In this document: positions 6,878 to 17,312 of the stretch, piece after piece | How positions within the stretch are numbered: position 1 is the stretch's first letter | Layout: the number at the start of each line of letters is the position of its first letter | Origin: Variovorax sp. LT1R20 | GTDB taxonomy: Bacteria; Pseudomonadota; Gammaproteobacteria; Burkholderiales; Burkholderiaceae_C | Reading direction: 5' to 3' | NCBI RefSeq assembly: GCF_051216415.1 | Contig: NZ_JBPJZG010000006.1 | Span: 206,601 to 230,600 of the forward strand | Length of the DNA stretch: 24,000 nucleotides | The notes under the pieces: model-generated | What the model was told of the DNA's origin: nothing | Seen by the model: the letters and a program-made list of their open reading frames with translations, nothing else | Databases searched by the model: none | Made by a program: the position numbers and the translations under genes

Positions 6878-8062
6878 TCAACCGCCGTACAGCCAGGGCT
6901 GATCAAGCAACCGCGCACCGAGCGTGCGCATCGCGAGGTCGCGCCCCAGGCGCACAGCGCCGGTGGCATGGAAGACCTCGCCGTTGCGCCGCGCGCGCGC
7001 CTGCACCTGCGCATTGCGCTGCCAGCGCGCCTCGGCGTAGCGCGCGAAGGCTGCGGGCACGTCGGCCGCGGTGCCATCGCCGAGCGCATCGGCCAGTGCG
7101 ACCGCATCCTCGATTGCCATGCCGGCGCCCTGCGCGAGGTACGGCACCATCGGGTGCGCCGCATCGCCCACCAGCGCGACGCGCTCGTGCGCCATGTCGG
7201 CGGCAGAAGTCAACGGCGCGCGGTCGCTGAGCGACCAGGCGCGCCAGCCGGGCATCGCTTCGAGCAGCGCCTGCAGGCCGCCGCCGCTGCGGCCCGTGGC
7301 CTGTTGCAGGGCCGCGATGCTGCTGGACTGGTCCCAATCGCGCGCATCGCCGGCCGGGGCGGATTCGGCGATCACCACCACGTTGAGCCAGTCGCCGCCA
7401 CGCACCGGGTACGCCACGGCGTGGAGATGCGGGCCCAGCCACACATCGACCTGCTGGCGCCGCAGCGCCGCGGGCAAGTCCGCCTGCAAAGCCAGCGCGC
7501 GCCAGGCCGTGTGGCCGGTGACGCGTGGCGGCTCCGCGGCGGAGGGTGTATCGAGTTGCCGCCGCACCAGGCTCCAGAGGCCATCGGCACCCACCAGCGC
7601 CTCGCCCTCCCAGGCGCGGGCGTCGGCGCTCGAGACGCACACGAGGTCGTCGCTGGTCTCGACCTGCCTGATCTGCGCGGCAGTCACCAGCGTACCGATG
7701 CCGCGCGCACGCACCGCTTCGAGCAGCAGTGCATGCAGGTCGGCACGGTGTGCACAGAAGTAAGGAGCGCCGTAGCGTTGCTGCATCGCATCGCCCAGTG
7801 GAAGGCGGGCCAGCACGGCATCGCTGCCGGCGCTGCGGACCACCAATGCGTCCGGGCGCGCCGCGATCTTCGCGAGGCCCGTGCCCAGGTCCAATTGTTG
7901 AAGGCGCCGCGTGACGTTGGGACCGAGCTGCACGCCGGCCCCGATCTCGCCGAAGACCGGCGCCTGCTCGAAGACATCGGCGCGGTGCCGGCCCCGCGAG
8001 AGCGCCAGCGCCGTGGCCAGCCCCCCGATGCCGCCCCCGGCGACGAGGATGTGCGTGGGCAT
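6878..8062 (-). CDS. FAD-dependent aromatic-ring monooxygenase (salicylate/3-hydroxybenzoate hydroxylase-like, UbiH family)
   Basis: The sequence starts MPTHILVAGGGIGGLATALAL (GxGxxG dinucleotide fold). It also has GAGVQLGPN and the C-terminal VALVGDAAHPMVPYLAQGAGMAIEDA FAD fingerprint. ATG at 8062 was chosen over the upstream TTG at 8122. Confidence 0.85.
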   Translation of the reverse strand: MPTHILVAGGGIGGLATALALSRGRHRADVFEQAPVFGEIGAGVQLGPNVTRRLQQLDLGTGLAKIAARPDALVVRSAGSDAVLARLPLGDAMQQRYGAPYFCAHRADLHALLLEAVRARGIGTLVTAAQIRQVETSDDLVCVSSADARAWEGEALVGADGLWSLVRRQLDTPSAAEPPRVTGHTAWRALALQADLPAALRRQQVDVWLGPHLHAVAYPVRGGDWLNVVVIAESAPAGDARDWDQSSSIAALQQATGRSGGGLQALLEAMPGWRAWSLSDRAPLTSAADMAHERVALVGDAAHPMVPYLAQGAGMAIEDAVALADALGDGTAADVPAAFARYAEARWQRNAQVQARARRNGEVFHATGAVRLGRDLAMRTLGARLLDQPWLYGG

Positions 8063-8103
8063 CGGACTCAGAGGCTGGGAGGTAATTCGGCGTGACCGAG
8101 CAG

Positions 8104-8196
8104 CCCCCGCAAATGGCTCCAATCAAGGCGCAAAGCACAGCCATAGCTCGGGCTATGGCGAGCATTTGCAACGCGGAGTGGGGCCATTTGCGGGGG
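8104..8196. repeat. 93-nt imperfect palindrome (long hairpin) in the intergenic region
   Basis: The outer arms 8104-8121 (CCCCCGCAAATGGCTCCA) and 8179-8196 (TGGGGCCATTTGCGGGGG) are complementary at 17/18 positions. The exception is a T:G pair that would be a U.G wobble in a plus-strand RNA. A middle pairing joins GCAAA 8130-8134 to TTTGC 8165-8169. The apical 8-bp stem GCCATAGC 8140-8147 / GCTATGGC 8152-8159 has a TCGG loop. Confidence 0.6.
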
Positions 8197-8229
8197 ATGA
8201 GCGGTCATGCCGGATTGCCTCTCAGCCTC

Positions 8230-8508
8230 TCAGCTGTTCGAGAGGGGCTTGTCGGCTTGCGTGGCGTTGGTGTTGCCGGGCTTCTTGGGGGTGCAGCTGC
8301 CGCAGCTGTCGCAGGAGCCGCAACCCGAAGTCTTGGCGAGCGAGGCGGCCAGCTGGTTGGCGCGCTCCTGGTCGACCAGGCCGGCGCGCTGCGTGCCGGC
8401 CGCCAGCTTGTGGGCCGCGCTGCGCCGCCAGCCGGCGGGCATCCAGCGCCAGACCGCATAGAACGCGGCCGCCGCGACGATCAATCCGACGATCAGTTGT
8501 TGCGTCAT
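8230..8508 (-). CDS. FeoB-associated Cys-rich membrane protein
   Basis: It starts MTQQLIVGLIVAAAAFYAVWRW (one N-terminal TM helix) and has a C-terminal GCGSCDSCGSC cluster. It begins 34 nt downstream of the feoB stop on the same strand. Confidence 0.7.
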   Translation of the reverse strand: MTQQLIVGLIVAAAAFYAVWRWMPAGWRRSAAHKLAAGTQRAGLVDQERANQLAASLAKTSGCGSCDSCGSCTPKKPGNTNATQADKPLSNS

Positions 8509-8542
8509 TTCTTCTTCAAACCTTTCAGCGTCAGGAACGGTT

Positions 8543-10462
8543 TTAACCCGCTCCGAGTGCCACCGCAACGTGGTAGGTGATGAAGCACGCCGCGTAGGCC
8601 AGCGCGAACAGGTAGCCCGCCATGATCCACACGTACTTCCACGACGCCGTCTCGCGCTTCACCGCGGCCAGCGTCGAGATGCACTGCGGCGCGAACACGT
8701 ACCAGACCAGCAGCGACAGCGCCGTTGCCAGCGACCAGCTGCCGGCGATGAGCGGCTCGAGCGCGCCGGCCACGTCGTCGCCGGTGGCCGAGAGTGCGTA
8801 CACCGTGCCCAGCGCACCCACCGCCACTTCGCGCGCCGCCATGCCGGGCACCAGCGCGATCGAGATCTGCCAGTTGAAGCCGATGGGCGCAAAGATGTAT
8901 TCGAGCCCGCGGCCGATCATGCCGGCCAGGCTGTACTGGATGGCCGGGCCGGTCGCGCCTTCGGGCGGCGACGGGAAGGTCGACAGGAACCACAGCAGGA
9001 TCGTGAGCGTGAGGATGATCGTGCCCACGCGCTGGATGAAGATCCACGCCCGCTCGTAGAGGCCGAGCGCCAGGTTGCGCAGGTTTGGCCAGCGGTAGGC
9101 GGGCAGCTCCATCAGGAGCGGCGAATGCTGCGTGCTGTCGCGAAAGCGCTTCATCACCCAGGCCACGGCCATCGCCGAGACGATGCCGAACACGTACAGC
9201 GCAAAGAGAACCACGCCCTGCAGGTTGAAGACGCCGCCCACGGTGCGCGCCGGAATGAAGGCCGCGATCAGCAGCGCATACACCGGCAGCCGCGCCGAAC
9301 AGGTCATGAGCGGCGCGATCATGATGGTCGTGATGCGGTCGCGCCAGTTGCTGATGGTGCGGGTCGCCATCACGCCCGGAATGGCGCAGGCAAAGCTCGA
9401 CAGCAGCGGAATGAACGAGCGGCCCGACAGGCCCACGGTGCCCATCACGCGGTCGAGCAGGAAGGCGGCGCGCGGCAGGTAGCCCGAGTCTTCGAGCGCG
9501 AGGATGAAGAGGAACAGGATCAGGATCTGCGGCAGGAACACGATCACGCCGCCCACGCCCGCGATCACGCCGTCGACCAGCAGGCTCTGCAGCATGCCTT
9601 CGGGAATGGCTGTTTTAAGCAGGTTGCCGAGCGCCTCGGTGCCAGCCTTGATGGCGTCCATCGGCACATTGGCCCAGCTGAACACGGCCTGGAACATCAG
9701 GAACATCGTGACGGCCAGCACCAGCATGCCCCACACCGGATGCATCACCACGCGGTCGATGCGGTCGCTGGTGGCGAGGCTGCCGACCGGCTCCTTCACC
9801 GCGAGGCCAAGGATGCGGCGCACCTCGCGCTGTGTGGCGAGCACGTCGTCCAGGCCCGGCGCCTGCCAGGGCTGCGGCGCGGCGGCGGCGACCGGGGCGT
9901 CGAGCGCTTCGAGCAGGTTCTTCGCGCCGCCGGTATGGACGCCGACGGTTTCGATCACCGGCACGCCCAGCTCGCGCGAGAGCACGGCGGTGTCCACCGC
10001 AATGCCCTGCTTCTTGGCCATGTCGGTCATGTTGAGCGCGACGACCATTGGCAGGCCCAGCTTCTTCGCCTCGAGCACGAGGCGCAGGTTCAGGCGCAGG
10101 TTGGTGGCGTCGGTCACGCACACCAGCAGGTCGGGCAGGGCTTCGTTGCTCTGGCCGGTGACGATGTCGCGGGTGACGGCCTCGTCGGCGCTGAGCGCGT
10201 TCAGGCTGTAGGCGCCCGGCAGGTCGAGCACGAAGACGCGGCGGCCCGAGGGGGTGCGGAGAGTGCCTTCCTTGCGCTCGACGGTCACGCCGGCGTAGTT
10301 GGCGACCTTCTGGCGGCTGCCGGTCAAGAGGTTGAAGAGCGCGGTCTTGCCGCAGTTCGGGTTGCCGAGCAACGCGATGCGTCCCGGCTGGGCGGTGGGG
10401 GCGAAGCCACCGGGTCCCTGGATGACGGCTTCAGCCATGGTTGGCGGCTCCCGGTGTGACAT
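8543..10462 (-). CDS. feoB: Ferrous iron transporter FeoB (G-domain plus polytopic permease)
   Basis: The translation has LLGNPNCGKTALFN (G1), DLPGAYSL (G3) and a long polytopic C-terminal region. The alternative ATG at 10438 has the better RBS (GGGAG 9 nt upstream) and would overlap the feoA stop by 8 nt. Confidence 0.95.
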   Translation of the reverse strand: MSHREPPTMAEAVIQGPGGFAPTAQPGRIALLGNPNCGKTALFNLLTGSRQKVANYAGVTVERKEGTLRTPSGRRVFVLDLPGAYSLNALSADEAVTRDIVTGQSNEALPDLLVCVTDATNLRLNLRLVLEAKKLGLPMVVALNMTDMAKKQGIAVDTAVLSRELGVPVIETVGVHTGGAKNLLEALDAPVAAAAPQPWQAPGLDDVLATQREVRRILGLAVKEPVGSLATSDRIDRVVMHPVWGMLVLAVTMFLMFQAVFSWANVPMDAIKAGTEALGNLLKTAIPEGMLQSLLVDGVIAGVGGVIVFLPQILILFLFILALEDSGYLPRAAFLLDRVMGTVGLSGRSFIPLLSSFACAIPGVMATRTISNWRDRITTIMIAPLMTCSARLPVYALLIAAFIPARTVGGVFNLQGVVLFALYVFGIVSAMAVAWVMKRFRDSTQHSPLLMELPAYRWPNLRNLALGLYERAWIFIQRVGTIILTLTILLWFLSTFPSPPEGATGPAIQYSLAGMIGRGLEYIFAPIGFNWQISIALVPGMAAREVAVGALGTVYALSATGDDVAGALEPLIAGSWSLATALSLLVWYVFAPQCISTLAAVKRETASWKYVWIMAGYLFALAYAACFITYHVAVALGAG

Positions 10463-10778
10463 GGATCAACGCAGCCTCGTGGCGGCGCAATGCGAAGGTG
10501 GTGTGCCCCAGGCGCACTGCCAGCGGCTCCCGGCCCGGAATGCCGCTCGCGACGATGCGCACCGCCTCGCCCGGCACGAAGCCGATTTCGGTCAGGCGCA
10601 GCACGAGCTCGCGGTCGTCCGCGCCCTCGGGGCGGGCCACGTCGAGCACGGTGGCCCATTGGTTGTTCGGAAGCTGGTCGAGGCGCAGGGCGACGGCGGT
10701 GGAGGCCGGCGCGGTGCCGAAGTCGTTGGTTCGCACGGTGGGGCGGCGCCCTGGATATCCGGACGCACCTGTAAGCAA
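10431..10778 (-). CDS. feoA: FeoA (SH3-like ferrous iron transport protein A)
   Basis: A FeoA-like core (LDQLPNNQWATVLDV...LRLTEIGFVPGEAVRIV...PLAVRLGHTTFALRRHEAALIHV) sits directly upstream of feoB. The start is uncertain: TTG 10778 (ORF limit) or GTG 10736. Confidence 0.85.
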   Translation of the reverse strand: MLTGASGYPGRRPTVRTNDFGTAPASTAVALRLDQLPNNQWATVLDVARPEGADDRELVLRLTEIGFVPGEAVRIVASGIPGREPLAVRLGHTTFALRRHEAALIHVTPGAANHG

Positions 10779-10807
10779 AACCTAGATGCTATCAATTCTC
10801 AATTGCG

Positions 10808-10848
10808 AAGACCTGACTAAAGCCCTATGACCTCGCGGATCAGGTCTT
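10808..10848 (-). repeat. 9-bp perfect inverted repeat (hairpin) between the phosphoesterase stop and the feoA promoter region
   Basis: AAGACCTGA 10808-10816 is complementary to TCAGGTCTT 10840-10848, with a 23-nt loop. It lies 14 nt downstream of the stop at 10862 on the minus strand. No U-run follows, so a terminator role is only a possibility. Confidence 0.45.
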
Positions 10849-10861
10849 TCCAGCGGCGGAA

Positions 10862-11320
10862 TCAGGCCAGCTCGACGATGCGCGCCGACACCGCATCGCC
10901 ATCGACGATGAGTTCGGCAACGGCGATTGGCAATTTGAATCGCCGCGGGCCGGCGCTGCCCGGGTTGACGTAGAGCACGCCGCCGCGCTCTTCGACCTTC
11001 GGCTTGTGGGAATGCCCGGAGACCACCACGCGAACGCCGGCGCCGGCGGGATCGATGTCGATCTGCGAAAGGTCGTGGATGGCATAGATGACCACGCTTC
11101 CCACCTTCAGGAATTCCATCTCCGCAATGCCATCGGCCCAAGGTTCCCGGTCGTTGTTGCCCCGCACGACCGTCAACGGCGCGATGGCCGCGAGCGCCTC
11201 CAGGATGCCGGCGTTGCCGATGTCTCCGCCGTGCACGATGAAATCGCTGCCCTGCAGGAAGGCGGTGGCTTCGGGCCGCAGGAGGCCGTGCGTGTCGGAG
11301 ATGAGGCCGATGCGGTGCAT
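10862..11320 (-). CDS. YfcE/MJ0936-family metallophosphoesterase
   Basis: 152 aa starting MHRIGLISDTHG. It carries the GGDIGN, GNND and SGHSHKP metal-binding motifs of calcineurin-like phosphoesterases. The upstream part of the 292-aa ORF is Arg/Gly-rich and was rejected. Confidence 0.85.
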   Translation of the reverse strand: MHRIGLISDTHGLLRPEATAFLQGSDFIVHGGDIGNAGILEALAAIAPLTVVRGNNDREPWADGIAEMEFLKVGSVVIYAIHDLSQIDIDPAGAGVRVVVSGHSHKPKVEERGGVLYVNPGSAGPRRFKLPIAVAELIVDGDAVSARIVELA

Positions 11321-11389
11321 AGGATGAAAGTTCTTCTCGCTAACCCGAAGGTGCGGCAATGCGGGTCGGGGACGCCGCTTGGCAAAGGC

Positions 11390-12874
11390 ATGATCGCCGC
11401 CATGCCCGAGGACATCATCGCACCCCCCACCCTTGCCGAAACGCCCGAAGCGGCATCGGCCCTTCCCCCTTCGCCACCTGCCGAACCACCCGTTGCGCCG
11501 CGCGCGAACCTGCTGCACTGGGTCGCGGCGGGCCTGCGCACCGCCTTCCTGCAGCCGCCGCGCATCGAAGCCGCGCCCGCGCCCTGGCAACTGTTGCTGC
11601 TCGTGCTGCTGCCGGAGCTGCTGTGGATCGGCCTCGGCCGCTTCGAGGTGCGCGGGCCAGCCGAGCTCAGCCCCACGGTCGCGCTCTACCAGTTCTGGAT
11701 GTGGGGCGCGCTCGCGTGGCTGGGCTGGGGCGCGTTGCAAGGCGGGCCGAGCCGGCTCGCACGCTGGCTGGTGCTCGCCACCTGGGCCTCGTTCCCGGTC
11801 AACCTGCTGTTCATGAGCCTGACGCTCGCCCTCACGTACGGCTGGTCACCCGCATTTCTCAAGAGCACGACAAACGTCTGGCTGGTCTACGGCTTCGGCT
11901 ATGCGTGGATGCTGCTCGCGATCACCCGCCTCACGGTGCGCGAGGCCGTCGTGCGCTGGCGGATCGCCTTGTCCGTGCCCGGGCTCGTGGCGCTGATGGC
12001 GCTGGGTTTCTGGCAGTCGCTCAACATGCAGGAACGTGTCTGGCACGTCGACTACGCCGCCGCAGCGGCGGCCCAGCCCCGGCGCCCGAGCCTGGAACTC
12101 ACGCAGGAAGTCTTCGAGCAGCAGCAGGCGCTGTGGGAGCACGCCGTGGCCGGCATCGGCGAGCGGCAGCCGGGGCAGGTCAATGTCTATGGCCTCGTGT
12201 TCGCGCCCTACGCCGCCGAAGACGTGTTCCTTCGCGAAAGCACGATGGTCGCCAAGCTGCTCGAAGAGCGCTTCGATGCGAAGCAGCGCGTGCTGCATCT
12301 GGCCAACCACGCGACCACCGCCGACACGCTGCCCTGGGCCACGCCGCTCAACCTGCAGCGCGCCATTGCAGCGCTCGGCCAGCGCATGGACCGCGAGAAC
12401 GACCTGCTCGTGGTCTATCTCACCTCGCATGGCGCGCAAGACCACCAACTGGCCGCCACGAACGGCGCGTTGACAGTGCCGTGGCTCACGCCCGAAGACC
12501 TGCGCAAGGCCCTGGACGACGCTGGCATCCGCCACCGCGTGCTGGCGATCTCGGCCTGCTATTCGGGCGGCTGGATCGAACCCCTGGCGAACGACGACAC
12601 GCTGCTGATGACCGCCGCCGACGCCACGCACACCTCCTACGGCTGCGGGCGCCTGTCGGACCTGACTTTCTTCGGCCGCGCGATGTTCGACGAGGAACTG
12701 CGCAAGACCCGCTCGTTCGAAACCGCCTTCGCAGCCGCTGTGCCGGTGATCAAGCAGCGCGAGATCGACGCCGGCAAGGACGACGGTTTTTCCAACCCGC
12801 AGATCAGCACTGGCGAAAAGATCCGCCCGGTGCTCGACCAGCTTGCGCGGCGGCTCGATGCCGCCGGCAAGTAA
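11390..12874 (+). CDS. Membrane-anchored peptidase C13 (legumain/caspase-fold) family protein
   Basis: The C-terminal domain has VVYLTSHG (catalytic His-Gly) and VLAISACYSGGW (catalytic Cys), as in clan CD C13 peptidases. The N-terminal ~230 aa are hydrophobic with several predicted TM helices. The start is uncertain (ATG 11390 or 11402). ORF sequence upstream of 11390 overlaps the divergent phosphoesterase gene and has low GC3. Confidence 0.75.
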   Translation: MIAAMPEDIIAPPTLAETPEAASALPPSPPAEPPVAPRANLLHWVAAGLRTAFLQPPRIEAAPAPWQLLLLVLLPELLWIGLGRFEVRGPAELSPTVALYQFWMWGALAWLGWGALQGGPSRLARWLVLATWASFPVNLLFMSLTLALTYGWSPAFLKSTTNVWLVYGFGYAWMLLAITRLTVREAVVRWRIALSVPGLVALMALGFWQSLNMQERVWHVDYAAAAAAQPRRPSLELTQEVFEQQQALWEHAVAGIGERQPGQVNVYGLVFAPYAAEDVFLRESTMVAKLLEERFDAKQRVLHLANHATTADTLPWATPLNLQRAIAALGQRMDRENDLLVVYLTSHGAQDHQLAATNGALTVPWLTPEDLRKALDDAGIRHRVLAISACYSGGWIEPLANDDTLLMTAADATHTSYGCGRLSDLTFFGRAMFDEELRKTRSFETAFAAAVPVIKQREIDAGKDDGFSNPQISTGEKIRPVLDQLARRLDAAGK

Positions 12875-12886
12875 CGCGAGCGCCGA

Positions 12887-15754
<2,868 letters not shown>

Positions 15755-15830
15755 AGAGGAACTCCTGTTGTTTCGTGGAAGCTCCTCAAGGATAGCGGGG
15801 ATCAATGTCAATTGTTGTAGTCGGTCTTCC

Positions 15831-15864
15831 CCCTGAGGCTCTCCCCGCGCCGGGCGCCTCAGGG
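15831..15864. repeat. 9-bp perfect inverted repeat (GC-rich hairpin) between the small membrane protein gene and acnA
   Basis: CCCTGAGGC 15831-15839 is complementary to GCCTCAGGG 15856-15864. The 16-nt loop itself contains CCCG/CGGG. No U-run follows on either strand. Confidence 0.5.
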
Positions 15865-15916
15865 CGAGAAATGCCGGGTAGACGGGCGTTGCCGGCACCT
15901 CTCGCGTCGCCTGCGG

Positions 15917-16330
15917 TCAGGCCAGCGCCATGCCGGCGCGGCTGCGGGTGCGGCGCAGGCCCGTCCATTGCAGCTCGGCCAGCACGACCACGCACACGGC
16001 CTGCGCCAGCACCCAGGCCACGCCCAGCGCAGTGACCGCGAACATGCCGCTCACCAGCAATGCGATGCAGGCCACGGCCCAGCCGAAGTTGCCGAAGATC
16101 ACGAGGCCGATCAGCGTGCGCGGCGACGTGGCGCGGCTGGCCATGAAGGCGGCGAGTGCCGCATACGCCAGCAGGAACACGCCGGTGCCCATCAGCAGCG
16201 CTGCGGGCAGCCCGGTGAGCCCTGCCAGCGCGTCGGTGAATGCCACCTGCAGCGCACCGGTCGCGGCGCAGGAGGCGGCGTCGGCCCACATCACGTTGGG
16301 CAGGAAGCGGGGGGAAGCAAAGACGGACAT
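15917..16330 (-). CDS. Small integral membrane protein (about 4 TM helices), function unknown
   Basis: 137 aa starting MSVFASPRFLPNV, preceded by a strong AAGGAG RBS. The composition is hydrophobic throughout. It is divergent from the MmyB-like regulator gene. Confidence 0.6.
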   Translation of the reverse strand: MSVFASPRFLPNVMWADAASCAATGALQVAFTDALAGLTGLPAALLMGTGVFLLAYAALAAFMASRATSPRTLIGLVIFGNFGWAVACIALLVSGMFAVTALGVAWVLAQAVCVVVLAELQWTGLRRTRSRAGMALA

Positions 16331-16463
16331 GTGGATCTCCTTGGGGTGGATACGCTGCAAGCCAGTCCTGCCGCGTTGGAGCCAATGATTCCGCGGGGCA
16401 TGCATCGCGTCGATGACCTGGGAGGTCATGGCGCCGTGCCGGCACCACGCCAGAATGCGGGCC

Positions 16464-17312
16464 ATGAACACCATCCGCACCACCCATTCGTCCAAGGCCA
16501 GCCAGCCTGGCGCGCGCGATCCGTTCGGCGCGCACCTGCGGCACTGGCGCACCCACCGGCGCCTGAGCCAGCTCGACCTGGCGCAGGAGGCCGAGGTCTC
16601 GACCCGGCACCTCAGCTACGTGGAAACCGGCCGCGCCGCACCCAGCCGCGAGATGGTGCTGCGCCTGGCCGAGCGGCTGGAGGTGCCGCTGCGCGAGCGC
16701 AACGCGCTGCTGGTGGCGGCCGGCTTCGCGCCGATGTACCGGCAGCGCTCGCTCGACGACCCGGCGCTGGCGTCGGCGCGCCGCGCGGTGGACCTGGTGC
16801 TCAAGGGGCACGAGCCCTTTCCCGCGCTCGCCGTCGACCGCCACTGGAACCTCGTGGCCTACAACGCGCTGGTGCCGATGCTGATGGCCGGCGCGGCGCC
16901 CGAGTTGGTGGCACCGCCGGTCAACGTGCTGCGCCTGAGCATGCACCCCGGGGGACTCGCCTCGCGCATTGCCAACTTCGCGCAGTGGCGCGCCCATCTT
17001 CTGGAGAGGCTGCAGCAGCAGATTGCCGCGACGGGCGACGCCGTGCTGCAGGCGCTGCACGACGAACTGGAGGCCTTCCCCGCCCCCAACGTGAGCCACG
17101 ACGCGCCGAAGACCGACACCGACCTCTCGGGCGTGGTCGTGCCCTTTCAACTCGTCACGCCGAACGGGGTGCTGAGCTTCATCAGCACCACGACGATTTT
17201 CGGCACACCGGTCGATGTCACGTTGCAGGAACTGGCGGTGGAGTCGTTCTTTCCGGCCGATGCGCAGACGGCGGCGGCGCTGACGGAGATGGCGAAGCAA
17301 GCGGCAGGGTGA
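16464..17312 (+). CDS. XRE-family HTH regulator with MmyB-like ligand-binding domain
   Basis: An N-terminal HTH (FGAHLRHWRTHRRLSQLDLAQEAEVSTRHLSYVETGRAAPS) is followed by PFPALAVDRHWNLVAYN..., typical of MmyB-like regulators. ATG 16464 (MNTIRTT) was chosen. Confidence 0.8.
   Translation: MNTIRTTHSSKASQPGARDPFGAHLRHWRTHRRLSQLDLAQEAEVSTRHLSYVETGRAAPSREMVLRLAERLEVPLRERNALLVAAGFAPMYRQRSLDDPALASARRAVDLVLKGHEPFPALAVDRHWNLVAYNALVPMLMAGAAPELVAPPVNVLRLSMHPGGLASRIANFAQWRAHLLERLQQQIAATGDAVLQALHDELEAFPAPNVSHDAPKTDTDLSGVVVPFQLVTPNGVLSFISTTTIFGTPVDVTLQELAVESFFPADAQTAAALTEMAKQAAG

Noticed and set aside
6903-8171. 422-aa minus-strand ORF (6903-8171) and 375-aa plus-strand ORF (6968-8095) overlapping the monooxygenase gene
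   Set aside because: These are alternative frames of the same GC-rich gene. Only the 6878-8062 frame carries the FAD fingerprints.
8570-10459. 629-aa plus-strand ORF opposite feoB
   Set aside because: Shadow ORF antisense to a clear FeoB. It has an extreme Arg/Gly/His/Asp composition.
10783-10805. Canonical Fur box upstream of feoA
   Set aside because: The best match to the 19-bp consensus is only 9/19. It is kept only as a generic AT-rich operator candidate.
11006-11389. Upstream extension of the C13 peptidase ORF
   Set aside because: It runs antisense through the phosphoesterase gene. Codons just before 11390 have low GC3.
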